Of a stretch of DNA of 64,000 nucleotides, positions 50,227 through 60,172 are shown in pieces. Location: the NCBI GenBank assembly GCA_050951805.1, contig JBMNJT010000008.1, positions 492,998 to 556,997 on the forward strand, read 5' to 3'. A program made the translations under genes and the position numbers. Numbering within the stretch: the stretch's first letter is position 1; the number at the start of each line of letters is the position of its first letter. The notes beneath the pieces were generated by a model. It was not told where the DNA came from and did not search any database. It worked only from the letters and a program-made list of their open reading frames with translations. This stretch comes from Bacillota bacterium (GTDB taxonomy: Bacteria > Bacillota > DTU025).

Positions 50227-50444
50227 CTTGCGGCTTTCCTAATCTTATGGGGAGCCGGAGCATTCAGGATTCTGTGCCAATGGTTGCTCAGGCCCGGATG
50301 GAGCTTTGGCGGAGGCAGCCAAGCTGAGCAAGGCACTAACTGACTCATCGGGCTGATGTGGCAGGAGAAGGGGTGGGGACTTCCGCCCTTTTGCGGGTGG
50401 GGGTTCCCGCCTATTCGCATGTTTTTTGGCTAGGGGGTGGTTGT

Positions 50445-53400
50445 GTGGGGGAGTTCGTTCATCTTCATCTTCATACTCAGTACTCCCTCCTGTGATTGGA
50501 TGGTGCTTGTAGACCGGACGAACTTGCCAGCAGGATTTCGGAGTTGGGAATGGATTCATGTGCAATAACTGATCATGGATGCCTGTACGGGCTCGTGGAT
50601 TTCTATCGGGCTTGTAATCAGCAAGGGGTGAAGCCGATTCTTGGCTGTGAGGTCTATGTGGCCAATCGCACCTTGCATGACAGAACCCCGCATATAGATG
50701 ACAATCCTTATCATCTGGTGCTCCTGGCAGAGAACGATGTGGGCTACTCAAACTTGCTGAAGCTGTCTTCCCTCGGATACACCGAAGGCTTCTACTACAA
50801 GCCACGGGTGGATAAGAAAGCCCTGGCTGAGCATTCAGAAGGCCTGATTGCCCTTTCAGCTTGTCTGTCGGGCGAAGTCCCGTCATACGTGGCGCAAGGG
50901 AGGATTGATGAAGCAGAGGCGGTTGCAAGGCAGTATCTAGAGATATTCGGGCGCGATTCATTCTTCCTGGAGATCCAGTCTAATGGGATGCGCGTTCAGG
51001 ATTTAGTCAATCGTCAGTTAGTGCAATTGGGCAGGAAGTTGGGCGTGCCGGTTGTAGCCACCAATGACGTGCACTATTTGCGGCGTGAGGACGCTACAGC
51101 CCATGATGTGCTCCTTTGCATACAGACCGGCTCAGTAGTGGATGACCCGTCGCGCATGAGGTTTCCGACTGACCAATTCTATCTCAAAGCCGCGGAGGAG
51201 ATGTACAGGGAGTTTGCAGAGATCCCTGAGGCATGCGCGATGACGGCGCGCATAGCAGAACGCTGCAATGTTGAGTTGGATTTTGATACGTTGCACATGC
51301 CTGAGTTCGAGGCCCCCCCGGGGCAGACTCTCGACAGTTACTTGAGGAGACTGTGCGAGGAGGGAGCGATAAGGCGTTTCGGCGCCATATCCCGCGAGGT
51401 TCGGGAGAGGCTCGACTACGAATTGGGGATAATCGAGCGCATGGGCTACTCGGGCTATTTCTTGATTGTGTGGGACTTCATACGCTATGCCAAGAGCCAA
51501 GGCATATATGTAGGACCGGGCAGAGGTTCAGCTCCGGGCAGCCTGGCAGCTTACTGCCTGGGGATTACAGATGTGGATCCCTTGGCATACAACCTCCTTT
51601 TTGAGAGGTTTCTCAATCCTGAACGGGTGACAATGCCCGATATTGACGTAGACTTTTGCTATGAACGTCGCGGAGAAGTCATTGATTACGTGGCAGGGAA
51701 ATACGGTTCTGACAAGGTGGCCCAGATTATAACTTTCGGGACTATGGCGGCGCGCGCCGCCATCAGGGACGTTGGTCGGGCCCTCAAGTTCAGCTACGCA
51801 GAGGTTGACCGCATTGCCAAACTCGTTCCTGCCGAGCTCAACATGACGATTGATCGGGCACTTGAAGTCTCGCCGGAGCTTGCTGCTGCAGTGGGAGAAA
51901 GCGAACGCAATCGAACGTTGATAGAGATTGCCCGCGCTGTGGAGGGTCTGCCACGCCACCCTTCGGTTCATGCAGCAGGGGTTGTTATCTCAAAAGATCC
52001 GCTCACAGATCATGTTCCGCTATATAAATCCGCTGACGGCGTTCTGACGACGCAGTATCCCATGGAGGACCTTGAACGCCTTGGCATAGTCAAGATGGAT
52101 TTTCTCGGGCTGCGAACACTCACGGTGATCGGGAATACCGTGGAAATTGTTAAGCACACCCGCAATGAGGACGTGGACATCGAGAGTATTCCCCTCGATG
52201 ATCCTATGGTTTATGAGATGCTGAGGAACGCGGAATCGGAAGGCGTATTCCAGCTGGAAAGCAGCTTGTTTCAGAACATGCTTCGAGAGGTGAAGCCTAC
52301 GAAATTCGAGGACCTCGTCGCCATTGTTGCCTTGGGCCGTCCGGGTCCAATGGTGATGACAGGGGATTTCGTCCGCGGCAAGCATTGCCATGACACGGTC
52401 AAGTATCCCCACCCGGCACTGGAGAAAATACTCGAGCCCACATACGGTGTGATGCTCTATCAGGAACAGGTTATGCAGGCAGCGAGTGAGCTTGCCGGGT
52501 TCAGCCTCGGGGAAGCCGACATGCTCAGGCGCGCCATGGGCAAGAAGAAGCCAGAGGTTATTGCGGGTTTGCGGGACAGATTCATGGAAGGGGCTTTAGG
52601 ACGGGGCGTGTCGGAACGCGCGGCACAGGAGGTTTTCTCACTGATTGAAAGGTTTGCGGGATACGGTTTCAATAAATCTCATAGTGCTGCATATGCCCTA
52701 ATATCCTACAGAACCGCCTATTTGAGGTGTCACTACTTTCCCGAATTCATGGCCTCTACACTAACTAGTGTGATGGGGTCGTCGGAACGCGTGGCCATGT
52801 ATATAGACGTGTGCAGAGCCGCAGGTGTGGACGTGCTTCCGCCTGATGTGAATGAGAGCTTTAAGGGATTTACTGTCTCGGGCAATACGATACGGTTCGG
52901 CCTTGGTGCTATCAAGAATGTGGGCGAGGGCGCCGCTGAATCTATCATATCTGCCAGAAAGAGCGGCGGTCCGTTTGTGTCATTTGTGGACTTCTGCAAC
53001 AGGGTTGATATGACGGCAGTCAACAGAAAGGCTCTGGAGAGCCTGATAAGATGTGGCGCATTCAGCGAATTCGGAAAGAGGCGCGCCCTTCTTGCCATTA
53101 TGGACCAGGTATGTGACCAGAGTGCGGTTCGCCAGCGCCATCAAGAGTCAGGGCAGGCGTCCTTCTTCGACCTGTTTGAAGAGCCTTCCGGTTTTGGTAC
53201 TGCCGACATTCCCCTGCCGGATGTACCTGATTTCAGTGAATCGCAGATACTGGCAATGGAGAAGGAATTGCTTGGCCTCTATATCTCAGGCCATCCGTTG
53301 GCTTCGGTTGCAGAGGCCATCCGCAAAGTGGCCACCATGTCAGTTCGCGATCTGTCAAACGCGGAGGACGGCGCGTATGCGACGCTTGCCGGTGTGATCA

Positions 53401-53636
53401 TCGGACGAAAGCAGATAATTGCACGGACAGGGCAGCCCATGGCTTTTGTGCAGATAGAAGACTTGACTGGCCAAGTGGAGGTAGTGGTTTTTCCCAGAAC
53501 TTATCAGGAATGCGCAGATATTCTTGCCCGCGATGCCATCGTCGTGGTAAAAGGCCGTGTGGACGTCAAAGAGGAAGGAATCAAGATTTTGGCCGATTCC
53601 ATCACCGAACTTCCGAAAATACTCGCCAACGCCTGA
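50445..53636 (+). CDS. dnaE: DNA polymerase III subunit alpha, with an in-frame TGA at 50493-50495
   Basis: Reads VGEFVHLHLHTQYSLL*LDGAC; FYYKPRVD, GRGSAPGS, MPDIDVDF, HAAGVV, GFNKSHSAAY, EKELLGLYISGHP. Confidence 0.9.
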
Positions 53637-53788
53637 AATCTTTGATACCATACTTGGATGGGAGCGGTTGCGCTGGGCAGGACTGCATGACAACAGGCTA
53701 CATGCCGGACTGTGAGAAGGAATCGCTGAAGATGGATAGAAGAACGGACATACTAAAGCGGAAGATTCAGCGAGGGGGATTAAACGTG

Positions 53789-53992
53789 ATGTGGACGGTA
53801 GTGCATATCGCGCCTAATAGGCCAGAGGCGGAACTCGTGAAGAATATGCTTGAAGGAGAAGGCTTGTTGGTGATGTTGAGGCCGATTGGAGTCCCCCATA
53901 TGGGCGATTCGGCGAACGTGGAAGTGATGGTTCCAGAAACTGAAGCTGAAGAGGCCTGTGCTATTCTGGACGCTTCCGATAGACTACTTTGA
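53789..53992 (+). CDS. Small DUF2007-like protein
   Basis: MWTVVHIAPN..AE..K..LE.EGLLV.LRP...VEVMVPE.EAEEA; GAGGGGG RBS. Confidence 0.75.
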   Translation: MWTVVHIAPNRPEAELVKNMLEGEGLLVMLRPIGVPHMGDSANVEVMVPETEAEEACAILDASDRLL

Positions 53993-54025
53993 TGACAGTG
54001 GGCGGGGACGATTGGGGGAATTATC

Positions 54026-55030
54026 ATGAGACGCATTGCAGTGCTGACCAGTGGAGGCGACGCGCCCGGCATGAATCCATGCATTCGTGCTGTTGTGCGA
54101 AAATCACTCTATCACGGGCTTGAAGTGGTCGGTGTCAGACGCGGCTTTCACGGACTGGTCACAGGCGACTTCATGGAAATGAAATCACGGATGGTAGGGG
54201 ATATACTGCAACGCGGTGGGACTATTCTGAAATCAGCTCGTTCGGAAGAATTCAAGACTGAAGAGGGTCGCGCCAAGGCGCTCTTGCAGATAAGGACGTG
54301 CGAGATCGACGCAGTTGTTGGAATCGGCGGTGACGGCACCTTCAAGGGTTTGCATTTGCTCTCTGAAATGGGCGTTCCAACAGTGGGCATTCCAGCTACT
54401 ATCGACAACGATGTCGGATCAACTGAATACGCCATCGGGTTTGATACGGCATGCAACACTGTTCTGGATGCGATAAACAAGATACGCGACACGGCGACTT
54501 CACATGAACGCACATATGTAATAGAAGTCATGGGAAGGGACTCAGGCCATATTGCCTTGGCGACTGGGCTTGCCGGGGGTGCGGAGAGTATTCTTATTCC
54601 AGAGATCGAATACGACATACAGCAAGTGTGCACAAGGATAATGGACGGCGCCCGCCAGGGGAAAAGCCACAGCATAGTGATTGTGGCAGAAGGGGCCGGG
54701 GGCGAACCCCCCGTCTTAACTGGCGGAGCTTTTCAAGAGGGCGCTGCATACAGGATCGGACACCAGATTGCCAACATAACGGGGTTTGAGACCAGAATCA
54801 TCGTGCTTGGACATATTCAGCGGGGCGGTGCTCCATCGGTGCGTGACCGCATACTGGCCACGATGTTTGGCGCCAAGGCGGTGGACTTGCTTTTGGCGGG
54901 TGAGGACAATGCAGTTGTTGGCATGTGCGCAAACCAGGTTCGTGCGATTCCCTTTGATGAAGCCCTGGCAATGAAGCGCCCGATCAACATGGATTATTAT
55001 GAGTTGGCCAATATCCTTTCGAATTTGTGA
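54026..55030 (+). CDS. pfkA: ATP-dependent 6-phosphofructokinase
   Basis: TSGGDAPGMN, GGTIL.SAR, GGDGT, PATIDND, EVMGR, LGHIQRGG. Confidence 0.96.
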   Translation: MRRIAVLTSGGDAPGMNPCIRAVVRKSLYHGLEVVGVRRGFHGLVTGDFMEMKSRMVGDILQRGGTILKSARSEEFKTEEGRAKALLQIRTCEIDAVVGIGGDGTFKGLHLLSEMGVPTVGIPATIDNDVGSTEYAIGFDTACNTVLDAINKIRDTATSHERTYVIEVMGRDSGHIALATGLAGGAESILIPEIEYDIQQVCTRIMDGARQGKSHSIVIVAEGAGGEPPVLTGGAFQEGAAYRIGHQIANITGFETRIIVLGHIQRGGAPSVRDRILATMFGAKAVDLLLAGEDNAVVGMCANQVRAIPFDEALAMKRPINMDYYELANILSNL

Positions 55031-55080
55031 TGACACGCGGGTGCGCAACGTGGCATGATTGGTGCTGAGTATAGGTTGTA

Positions 55081-55110
55081 GTATACGTTATCAACAATAA
55101 AGGTACAATA
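55081..55110 (+). promoter_or_regulatory. Putative forespore (sigma-F/G-like) promoter of spoVT
   Basis: GTATA-N15-AGGTACAATA. Confidence 0.5.
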
Positions 55111-55149
55111 GAGCCTGAAATGGCGGAAATCAGTTGGGGAGGGCATGAA

Positions 55150-55683
55150 GTGAAGGCAACAGGCATAGTTAGGCGCATCGATGACCTCGGTCGGGTTGTA
55201 ATACCGAAGGAAATACGAAGAACGCTGAGGATCCGCGAGGGCGATCCACTTGAGATATTTACTGATCGTGACGGGGAAGTCATTCTGAAGAAGTACTCTC
55301 CCATGACCGACCTGAGTTTCTTTGCACAGGAGTACGCTGATTCTCTCTATGATGCCACGGGCTGCATTGCGGTGATTGCAGATGAGCACGAGGTTGTAGC
55401 GGTGAGTGGAGCTCCGAAGAAGCTCTTCTTCGAGAAGAGGATTTCTGAAGATGCGGAAAGCATCATGAAATCCGGGGAGACTTTCGTGACAAGCACGCCT
55501 GGTGAGAAGCCCGTAATTGATGGGGCGGAATTTGCGTGCCAGGTTGTGGCTCCGATATTTGCCGAAAACGAACCCGCCGGAGTCGTTGTTCTAATGTCGA
55601 AGGAACCCAGAGAGATGGGGACGACAGAGACAAAACTAGTGGAAACTGCAGCGGCGTTCCTGGGCAAGCAGTTGCTTCATTAG
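55150..55683 (+). CDS. spoVT: Stage V sporulation protein T
   Basis: KATGIVRRIDDLGRVVIPKEIRRTLRIREGDPLEIF..GEVILKKYSP, GAF domain, ETAAAFLGKQ. Confidence 0.93.
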   Translation: MKATGIVRRIDDLGRVVIPKEIRRTLRIREGDPLEIFTDRDGEVILKKYSPMTDLSFFAQEYADSLYDATGCIAVIADEHEVVAVSGAPKKLFFEKRISEDAESIMKSGETFVTSTPGEKPVIDGAEFACQVVAPIFAENEPAGVVVLMSKEPREMGTTETKLVETAAAFLGKQLLH

Positions 55684-55802
55684 TCTGTGTGCGCATACAG
55701 CCACCTCGCCGCGGGAGATGTCAGACATACGGGCTCTAGGCCTGGAGGCTGATGCACACCGGATAGCTGGCGATTTTGCATTGCATAGGTAATACTGAGA
55801 GT

Positions 55803-55839
55803 GAAGACCCCTTCGGGATGCTCCTGTGGGGGTTTTCTT
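55803..55839 (+). terminator. Probable terminator hairpin
   Basis: GAAGACCCC...GGGGTTTTC followed by T-rich sequence. Confidence 0.5.
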
Positions 55840-56124
55840 GCGCCTTTTATTGCACAGAGCCACCTTGGTGTTCTTGACTTGCCTGGTGTTTCTGCACATG
55901 AAGGTGTGACCGGCCCCGGCCTTTGTTTGGTGACAAGTGTGCGAACATGCGGAGGTTCGATGCCAGTGTCAGATGACCGTCTCCTCGCTATGGTTGTGCA
56001 GGTGGTATGGCCCACCCAGCGAGGAGGTGGCCTATGCGCAGCTCATTGAGGAGATTGCACTAGAGGATTACATCCATTTCGTTTCGCTGCGGAAGCAGGG
56101 GTTGAGCTCGACTGCTGCGTCCTA

Positions 56125-56153
56125 TTGCACCAAGCGGGCGCCCGTGGTAGAAT
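56125..56153 (+). promoter_or_regulatory. Sigma-A promoter of tRNA-Leu
   Basis: TTGCAC-N17-TAGAAT with extended TG. Confidence 0.65.
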
Positions 56154-56161
56154 AGTGACGC

Positions 56162-56248
56162 GCCGAAGTGGCGGAATCGGCAGACGCAGATGACTCAAAA
56201 TCATCCGACCGCGAGGTCATGGGGGTTCGAGTCCCCCCTTCGGCACCA
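56162..56248 (+). tRNA. tRNA-Leu(CAA)
   Basis: GATGA-CTCAAAA-TCATC anticodon arm, long variable arm, GTTCGAGTC, encoded CCA. Confidence 0.95.
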
Positions 56249-56522
56249 TCTTTTTCGAATTACATATGTGGATGTGCAGACTGTGACGGACACTATTGGC
56301 GAATAGCCATGTGGTGTCCGTCTCTTTGTTATTCCTTTCAGGAGGGAACGTTGTAGCCGGTTTGCGCGTAATGCAGACACGAGCGCCGGGGATTCTGATG
56401 TACAAAGACGGACCATCTGTTAGGCGACAGCAGAGTAAGCTATGGACATCGGTTTTCAAGAACTGAATTGGAGGATGCGCATAGAGTGACTGTCAGAAAT
56501 AGAATTTGATTGGGAGAGGTAG

Positions 56523-56957
56523 GTGGATACAATGCTCACGCCCAGCCTAGAGGATTACCTTGAGGAATTGTGCCGTCATCTTGATTGCCATGGAACAGTG
56601 CGTCCGAAAGACATCGCACTAAAGCTAGGTGTATCTATGCCATCTGTAACCAGGGCACTCCGAAGGCTTGCCGACATGGGCATGATCGCATATAGATCCC
56701 GGAGCGACTTGTTGTTGACAGAGGAAGGGAGGATAGCAGGTGACTACCTTGTGCGCCGGAATCACGCGCTGTGCAAGTTTCTCAGGGCGATAGGATGTGA
56801 TGTTTGTATAGAGGATCAAGCTGAAGCCATGGAACACTATCTTATGCCTGAAACAATAGATAGGATTGAGCTTCTTACCCAGTTTCTCCAAGACAACGAA
56901 AACAAGACGAGGTTCAGGGACTTCTGCAATGGAGCATCGAATATCGTGTCCACATAG
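56523..56957 (+). CDS. DtxR/MntR family metal-dependent repressor
   Basis: SLEDYLE, HTH DIALKLGVSMPSVTRAL, LTEEG, AEAMEHY. Confidence 0.88.
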   Translation: MDTMLTPSLEDYLEELCRHLDCHGTVRPKDIALKLGVSMPSVTRALRRLADMGMIAYRSRSDLLLTEEGRIAGDYLVRRNHALCKFLRAIGCDVCIEDQAEAMEHYLMPETIDRIELLTQFLQDNENKTRFRDFCNGASNIVST

Positions 56958-57003
56958 CCCCCGGTTTCCTTGTTTGGCTAAGCTTTCGCTGAACATAGTG
57001 CTG

Positions 57004-58368
57004 TCAGAGAGGTGCAAGGCCGCAAAACCGCGCTGCAGAAGCGATAATGCAACAGGTTACGACGGCTGTAGCCAGCGGAATCAGGGCTGAAAGAACTGTC
57101 CACTTTCGGCTTTCGGTTTCCCGCCAGATTGTTATCAAGGTTGTGCTGCATGGATAGTGAAGAACAGAGAAAACCATGGTGCATACGGCAGTCAGCCATG
57201 TCCATCCATTTGCAGCGAGCGTTTCTGACAGGTGAATCATGCCTTCCACTTCCACTAGCATCGATGAAGACGTGTAACACATGATCAGGAGGGGGAGCAC
57301 TATTTCGTTAGCGGGCAAACCCAGAATGAAAGCTGTGAGTATGAAACCGTCTAGCCCCATGGCGTGTCCGAGAGGCTGCAAAAACGTGGACATGTGAATA
57401 ATCGCTGGCCGGCCTTCTATTACGAGATTGCCAAGGATCCATACGATTGCGCCTGCGGGCGCAGCTACTACCATCGCGCGCCAGAGCACGTGTAGCGTTC
57501 GATCATAGATCGACCGGATGAGAACTGGCAGTATCTGCGGTTTTCTGTAGGGCGGCAATTCCAAGATGAATGAAGACGGCATCCCCACAAGGAGCGTTTT
57601 CGACAGTGCCCATGAAACGATCAATGTCGTACATATTCCAAGCGCAACTGCGGCAACTACCAGAAGCGAAGCCATGCCCGAGCGCAATCGCGGGCCAGTG
57701 ATGGCGGCGGTGATGAACGAGGCCAGGACGATGAGGGTTGGGAAACGGCCATTGCAAGGCGCGAAATTATTCGTGAGGATGGCAATCAATCGCTCTCGTG
57801 GCGAGTCTATGATTCTGCAAGCTGTTACTCCTGCAGCATTGCACCCAAACCCCATGGCCATGGTGAGGGCCTGTTTGCCATGGGCGCCGCATTTTTTGAA
57901 GAGCCAGTCCATGTTGAAAGTTATCCGCGCAAGATAGCCCAGGTCTTCCAGTAAAGTAAAGCAAGGGAAGAAGATCGCCATGGGCGGAAGCATTACGGCA
58001 ACCACCCATGCAAGGGTGCGATAGGCGCCGAGCACAACAACCCCGTGCAGCCATTGAGGAGCATTGATGGTTATGAAGGCCGCACTGAGCTTCGCTTCTC
58101 CCCAAAACAAAGCCTTGGCCAGAAGCTGAGAGGGATAGTTGGCGCCTACGACTGTAATCCAAAAAACCGCTCCCAAAAGAGCGATCATTATAGGAATGCC
58201 CAGAGCTCTCGATGTGAGTGCGTCATCGAGCTTTCTGTCAAAGTCTGCATGGGGGGATGATTCCACGGTTACGGCTAGCTCTGCTATGTCGCGCGAACGT
58301 TGGTACAGCTCGATCACTGCCTCATCATGCGTCTCATCGGTTTCGGGCATCTTTGGCCACGGATTCAC
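57004..58368 (-). CDS. feoB: FeoB membrane (gate) portion, split gene
   Basis: [38 protein letters not shown]. Confidence 0.88.
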   Translation of the reverse strand: MNPWPKMPETDETHDEAVIELYQRSRDIAELAVTVESSPHADFDRKLDDALTSRALGIPIMIALLGAVFWITVVGANYPSQLLAKALFWGEAKLSAAFITINAPQWLHGVVVLGAYRTLAWVVAVMLPPMAIFFPCFTLLEDLGYLARITFNMDWLFKKCGAHGKQALTMAMGFGCNAAGVTACRIIDSPRERLIAILTNNFAPCNGRFPTLIVLASFITAAITGPRLRSGMASLLVVAAVALGICTTLIVSWALSKTLLVGMPSSFILELPPYRKPQILPVLIRSIYDRTLHVLWRAMVVAAPAGAIVWILGNLVIEGRPAIIHMSTFLQPLGHAMGLDGFILTAFILGLPANEIVLPLLIMCYTSSSMLVEVEGMIHLSETLAANGWTWLTAVCTMVFSVLHYPCSTTLITIWRETESRKWTVLSALIPLATAVVTCCIIASAARFCGLAPL

Positions 58369-58988
58369 GGAATCACCGCCTCTCGGGCCCTAACGGAGGT
58401 TTGGTGGTTTGCAGCCACGGGCTCTCCTCGACCAACTGAATGCAGTATCGTGCGCTTCAGCTCATCTAATCCCTCTCCGGAGCGGGCCGCGGTCAGGACC
58501 ACTGGAATTCCTAGTTCGCGACTGAGGACTTCTCGGTTCACGCGGATTCCTTTTTGCCTAGCTTCATCTATCAGATTGACACACAAGATTGCTTTGGCTG
58601 TAATCTCGAGCACTTGGAGGACGAGGTTGAGGTTGCGCTCGAGACAGGTGGCATCCACTACTATCACTATTGCTGAGGCCGTATTGGAACATATGAAATC
58701 CCGGGCGATTCTCTCCTCTTCCGACGTGGCGAACAGAGAATACGTCCCTGGCAGGTCAACCAGGCGGATTGTATCGCCGCTGTATCTAAGCAATCCGCTC
58801 GCCTGCCCAACCGTTTTCCCTGGCCAGTTGCCTGTATGCTGGCGAAGGCCTGTGAGGGCGTTGAACACAGTGCTCTTGCCCGTATTGGGGTTGCCTGCAA
58901 GGCCAACTATGGGAATATCACCTTCGGGCCGGCTCAAGGATCGCAGCCCTTTCGATAGAGTATGCGGAGTTGGCATGGCTTTTTTCAT
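58365..58988 (-). CDS. feoB: FeoB N-terminal GTPase portion, split gene
   Basis: [33 protein letters not shown]. Confidence 0.9.
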   Translation of the reverse strand: MKKAMPTPHTLSKGLRSLSRPEGDIPIVGLAGNPNTGKSTVFNALTGLRQHTGNWPGKTVGQASGLLRYSGDTIRLVDLPGTYSLFATSEEERIARDFICSNTASAIVIVVDATCLERNLNLVLQVLEITAKAILCVNLIDEARQKGIRVNREVLSRELGIPVVLTAARSGEGLDELKRTILHSVGRGEPVAANHQTSVRAREAVIP

Positions 58989-59248
58989 CAGCAGTCACTC
59001 TTCCTGACGATAATCTGGGCAGAGTCTTCTTGCCGAAGGGCTATGATGGTTCCTCTGACGAGGTAGGCTGTGGGGTCGCGGAATGGACTTCTTCTTATCG
59101 GCGTTATCTTCGTGCCTGGAACCAGTCCCAAATCGAGTAACCTGCGTCTGGCAAGGCCGGTTGCTCTCAGTTCGACAATGGAACCTTCTGCGCTAATGGG
59201 CATATCTCGAAGTGGGCACAAGTTGTCTTTTTGATGATCAGTGTCCAT
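58988..59248 (-). CDS. feoA: Ferrous iron transport protein A
   Basis: [27 protein letters not shown]. Confidence 0.93.
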   Translation of the reverse strand: MDTDHQKDNLCPLRDMPISAEGSIVELRATGLARRRLLDLGLVPGTKITPIRRSPFRDPTAYLVRGTIIALRQEDSAQIIVRKSDC

Positions 59249-59275
59249 TTTGCCGTTGCCTCCGCATCAGGCGTC

Positions 59276-59293
59276 ACTTAGCCGGGGCTAAGT
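59276..59293. promoter_or_regulatory. Palindromic operator upstream of feoA (DtxR/MntR-like)
   Basis: ACTTAGCC-GG-GGCTAAGT, a perfect 8-bp inverted repeat 28 bp above the feoA start. Confidence 0.7.
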
Positions 59294-59630
59294 TCGTGTT
59301 GCGTTGACAGAATATGAGCAGAGATGCGCGCTTGTGCACCATCGGGCCGGGGTAGTTTGTCGATTGTGCATATGTCACGGTCAGACGAAGGAAGCGTTGC
59401 CGCATTGCGCGTTTGTGGGTCGATACAGGGCAAAACCAGAGAAGGGCGGAGGCTCAGATCCTTTCTATGTGACATCGTCGGCGTGCGGTTTTAGCTGCTC
59501 TACGTGCTTCAAACGTAACTGTAGATGCAACGTCGTATGCTGGCAGCAGAAAAGAGACCTGCGGGACTGCGATGCTCGGGTTTTTATCCTGCCAGAACAC
59601 CGACCGAATAAAGATGATGGAGGTAGTAAT

Positions 59631-60161
59631 GTGCCAAGCGAGGCCGATGTGAAAAACCTGACTGGCTTGTCGGGCGATGAAGCCGCGAGGAGGCTGGCAG
59701 AGGAGGGACCGAACGAGCTTCCGACTAGCAAGAAACGGTCAATATGGGCAATAGTCCTGGAAGTAGTGGGAGAACCGATGTTCATGCTCTTGGTCGGGTG
59801 CGGCGTTCTTTATCTCTTGCTCGGCGACACTAAAGAGGCGGCTATGCTCATGGGCTTCGTATTCGTCGTAATGGGGATAACGATCTACCAGGAACGGAAG
59901 ACCGAAAACGCTTTGGAGGCCCTGAGAGATCTCTCTAGTCCACGCGCTCTGGTCATAAGGGACGGGCGACAATTGAGGATACCAGGACGAGAGGTAGTGT
60001 GCGGGGACATATTCCTAGTTTCTGAAGGAGATCGCATTCCTGCAGACGCTGTTCTTATATGGGGAATTAATCTGTCCGTAAATGAATCGTTGCTGACTGG
60101 AGAGTCTCTTCCTGTGAGGAAGGTTACAGCTGAAGGGCGGCCTGAGTCGATAATGTTATAA
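59631..60161 (+). pseudogene. 5' fragment of a cation-transporting P-type ATPase, truncated
   Basis: GLSGDEAARRLAEEGPNEL, EPMF, EGDRIPAD, NESLLTGES; stops after the actuator domain with no DKTGT, where composition changes. Confidence 0.88.
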
Positions 60162-60172
60162 ACGGTTTTATG

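Noticed and set aside
50493-50495. Selenocysteine codon in dnaE
   Set aside because: The position is an insertion relative to the family, not a Cys site, and no SECIS-like hairpin is evident.
56162-56530. Island integrated at tRNA-Leu
   Set aside because: No integrase, no duplicated tRNA 3' end in the window and no composition shift here.
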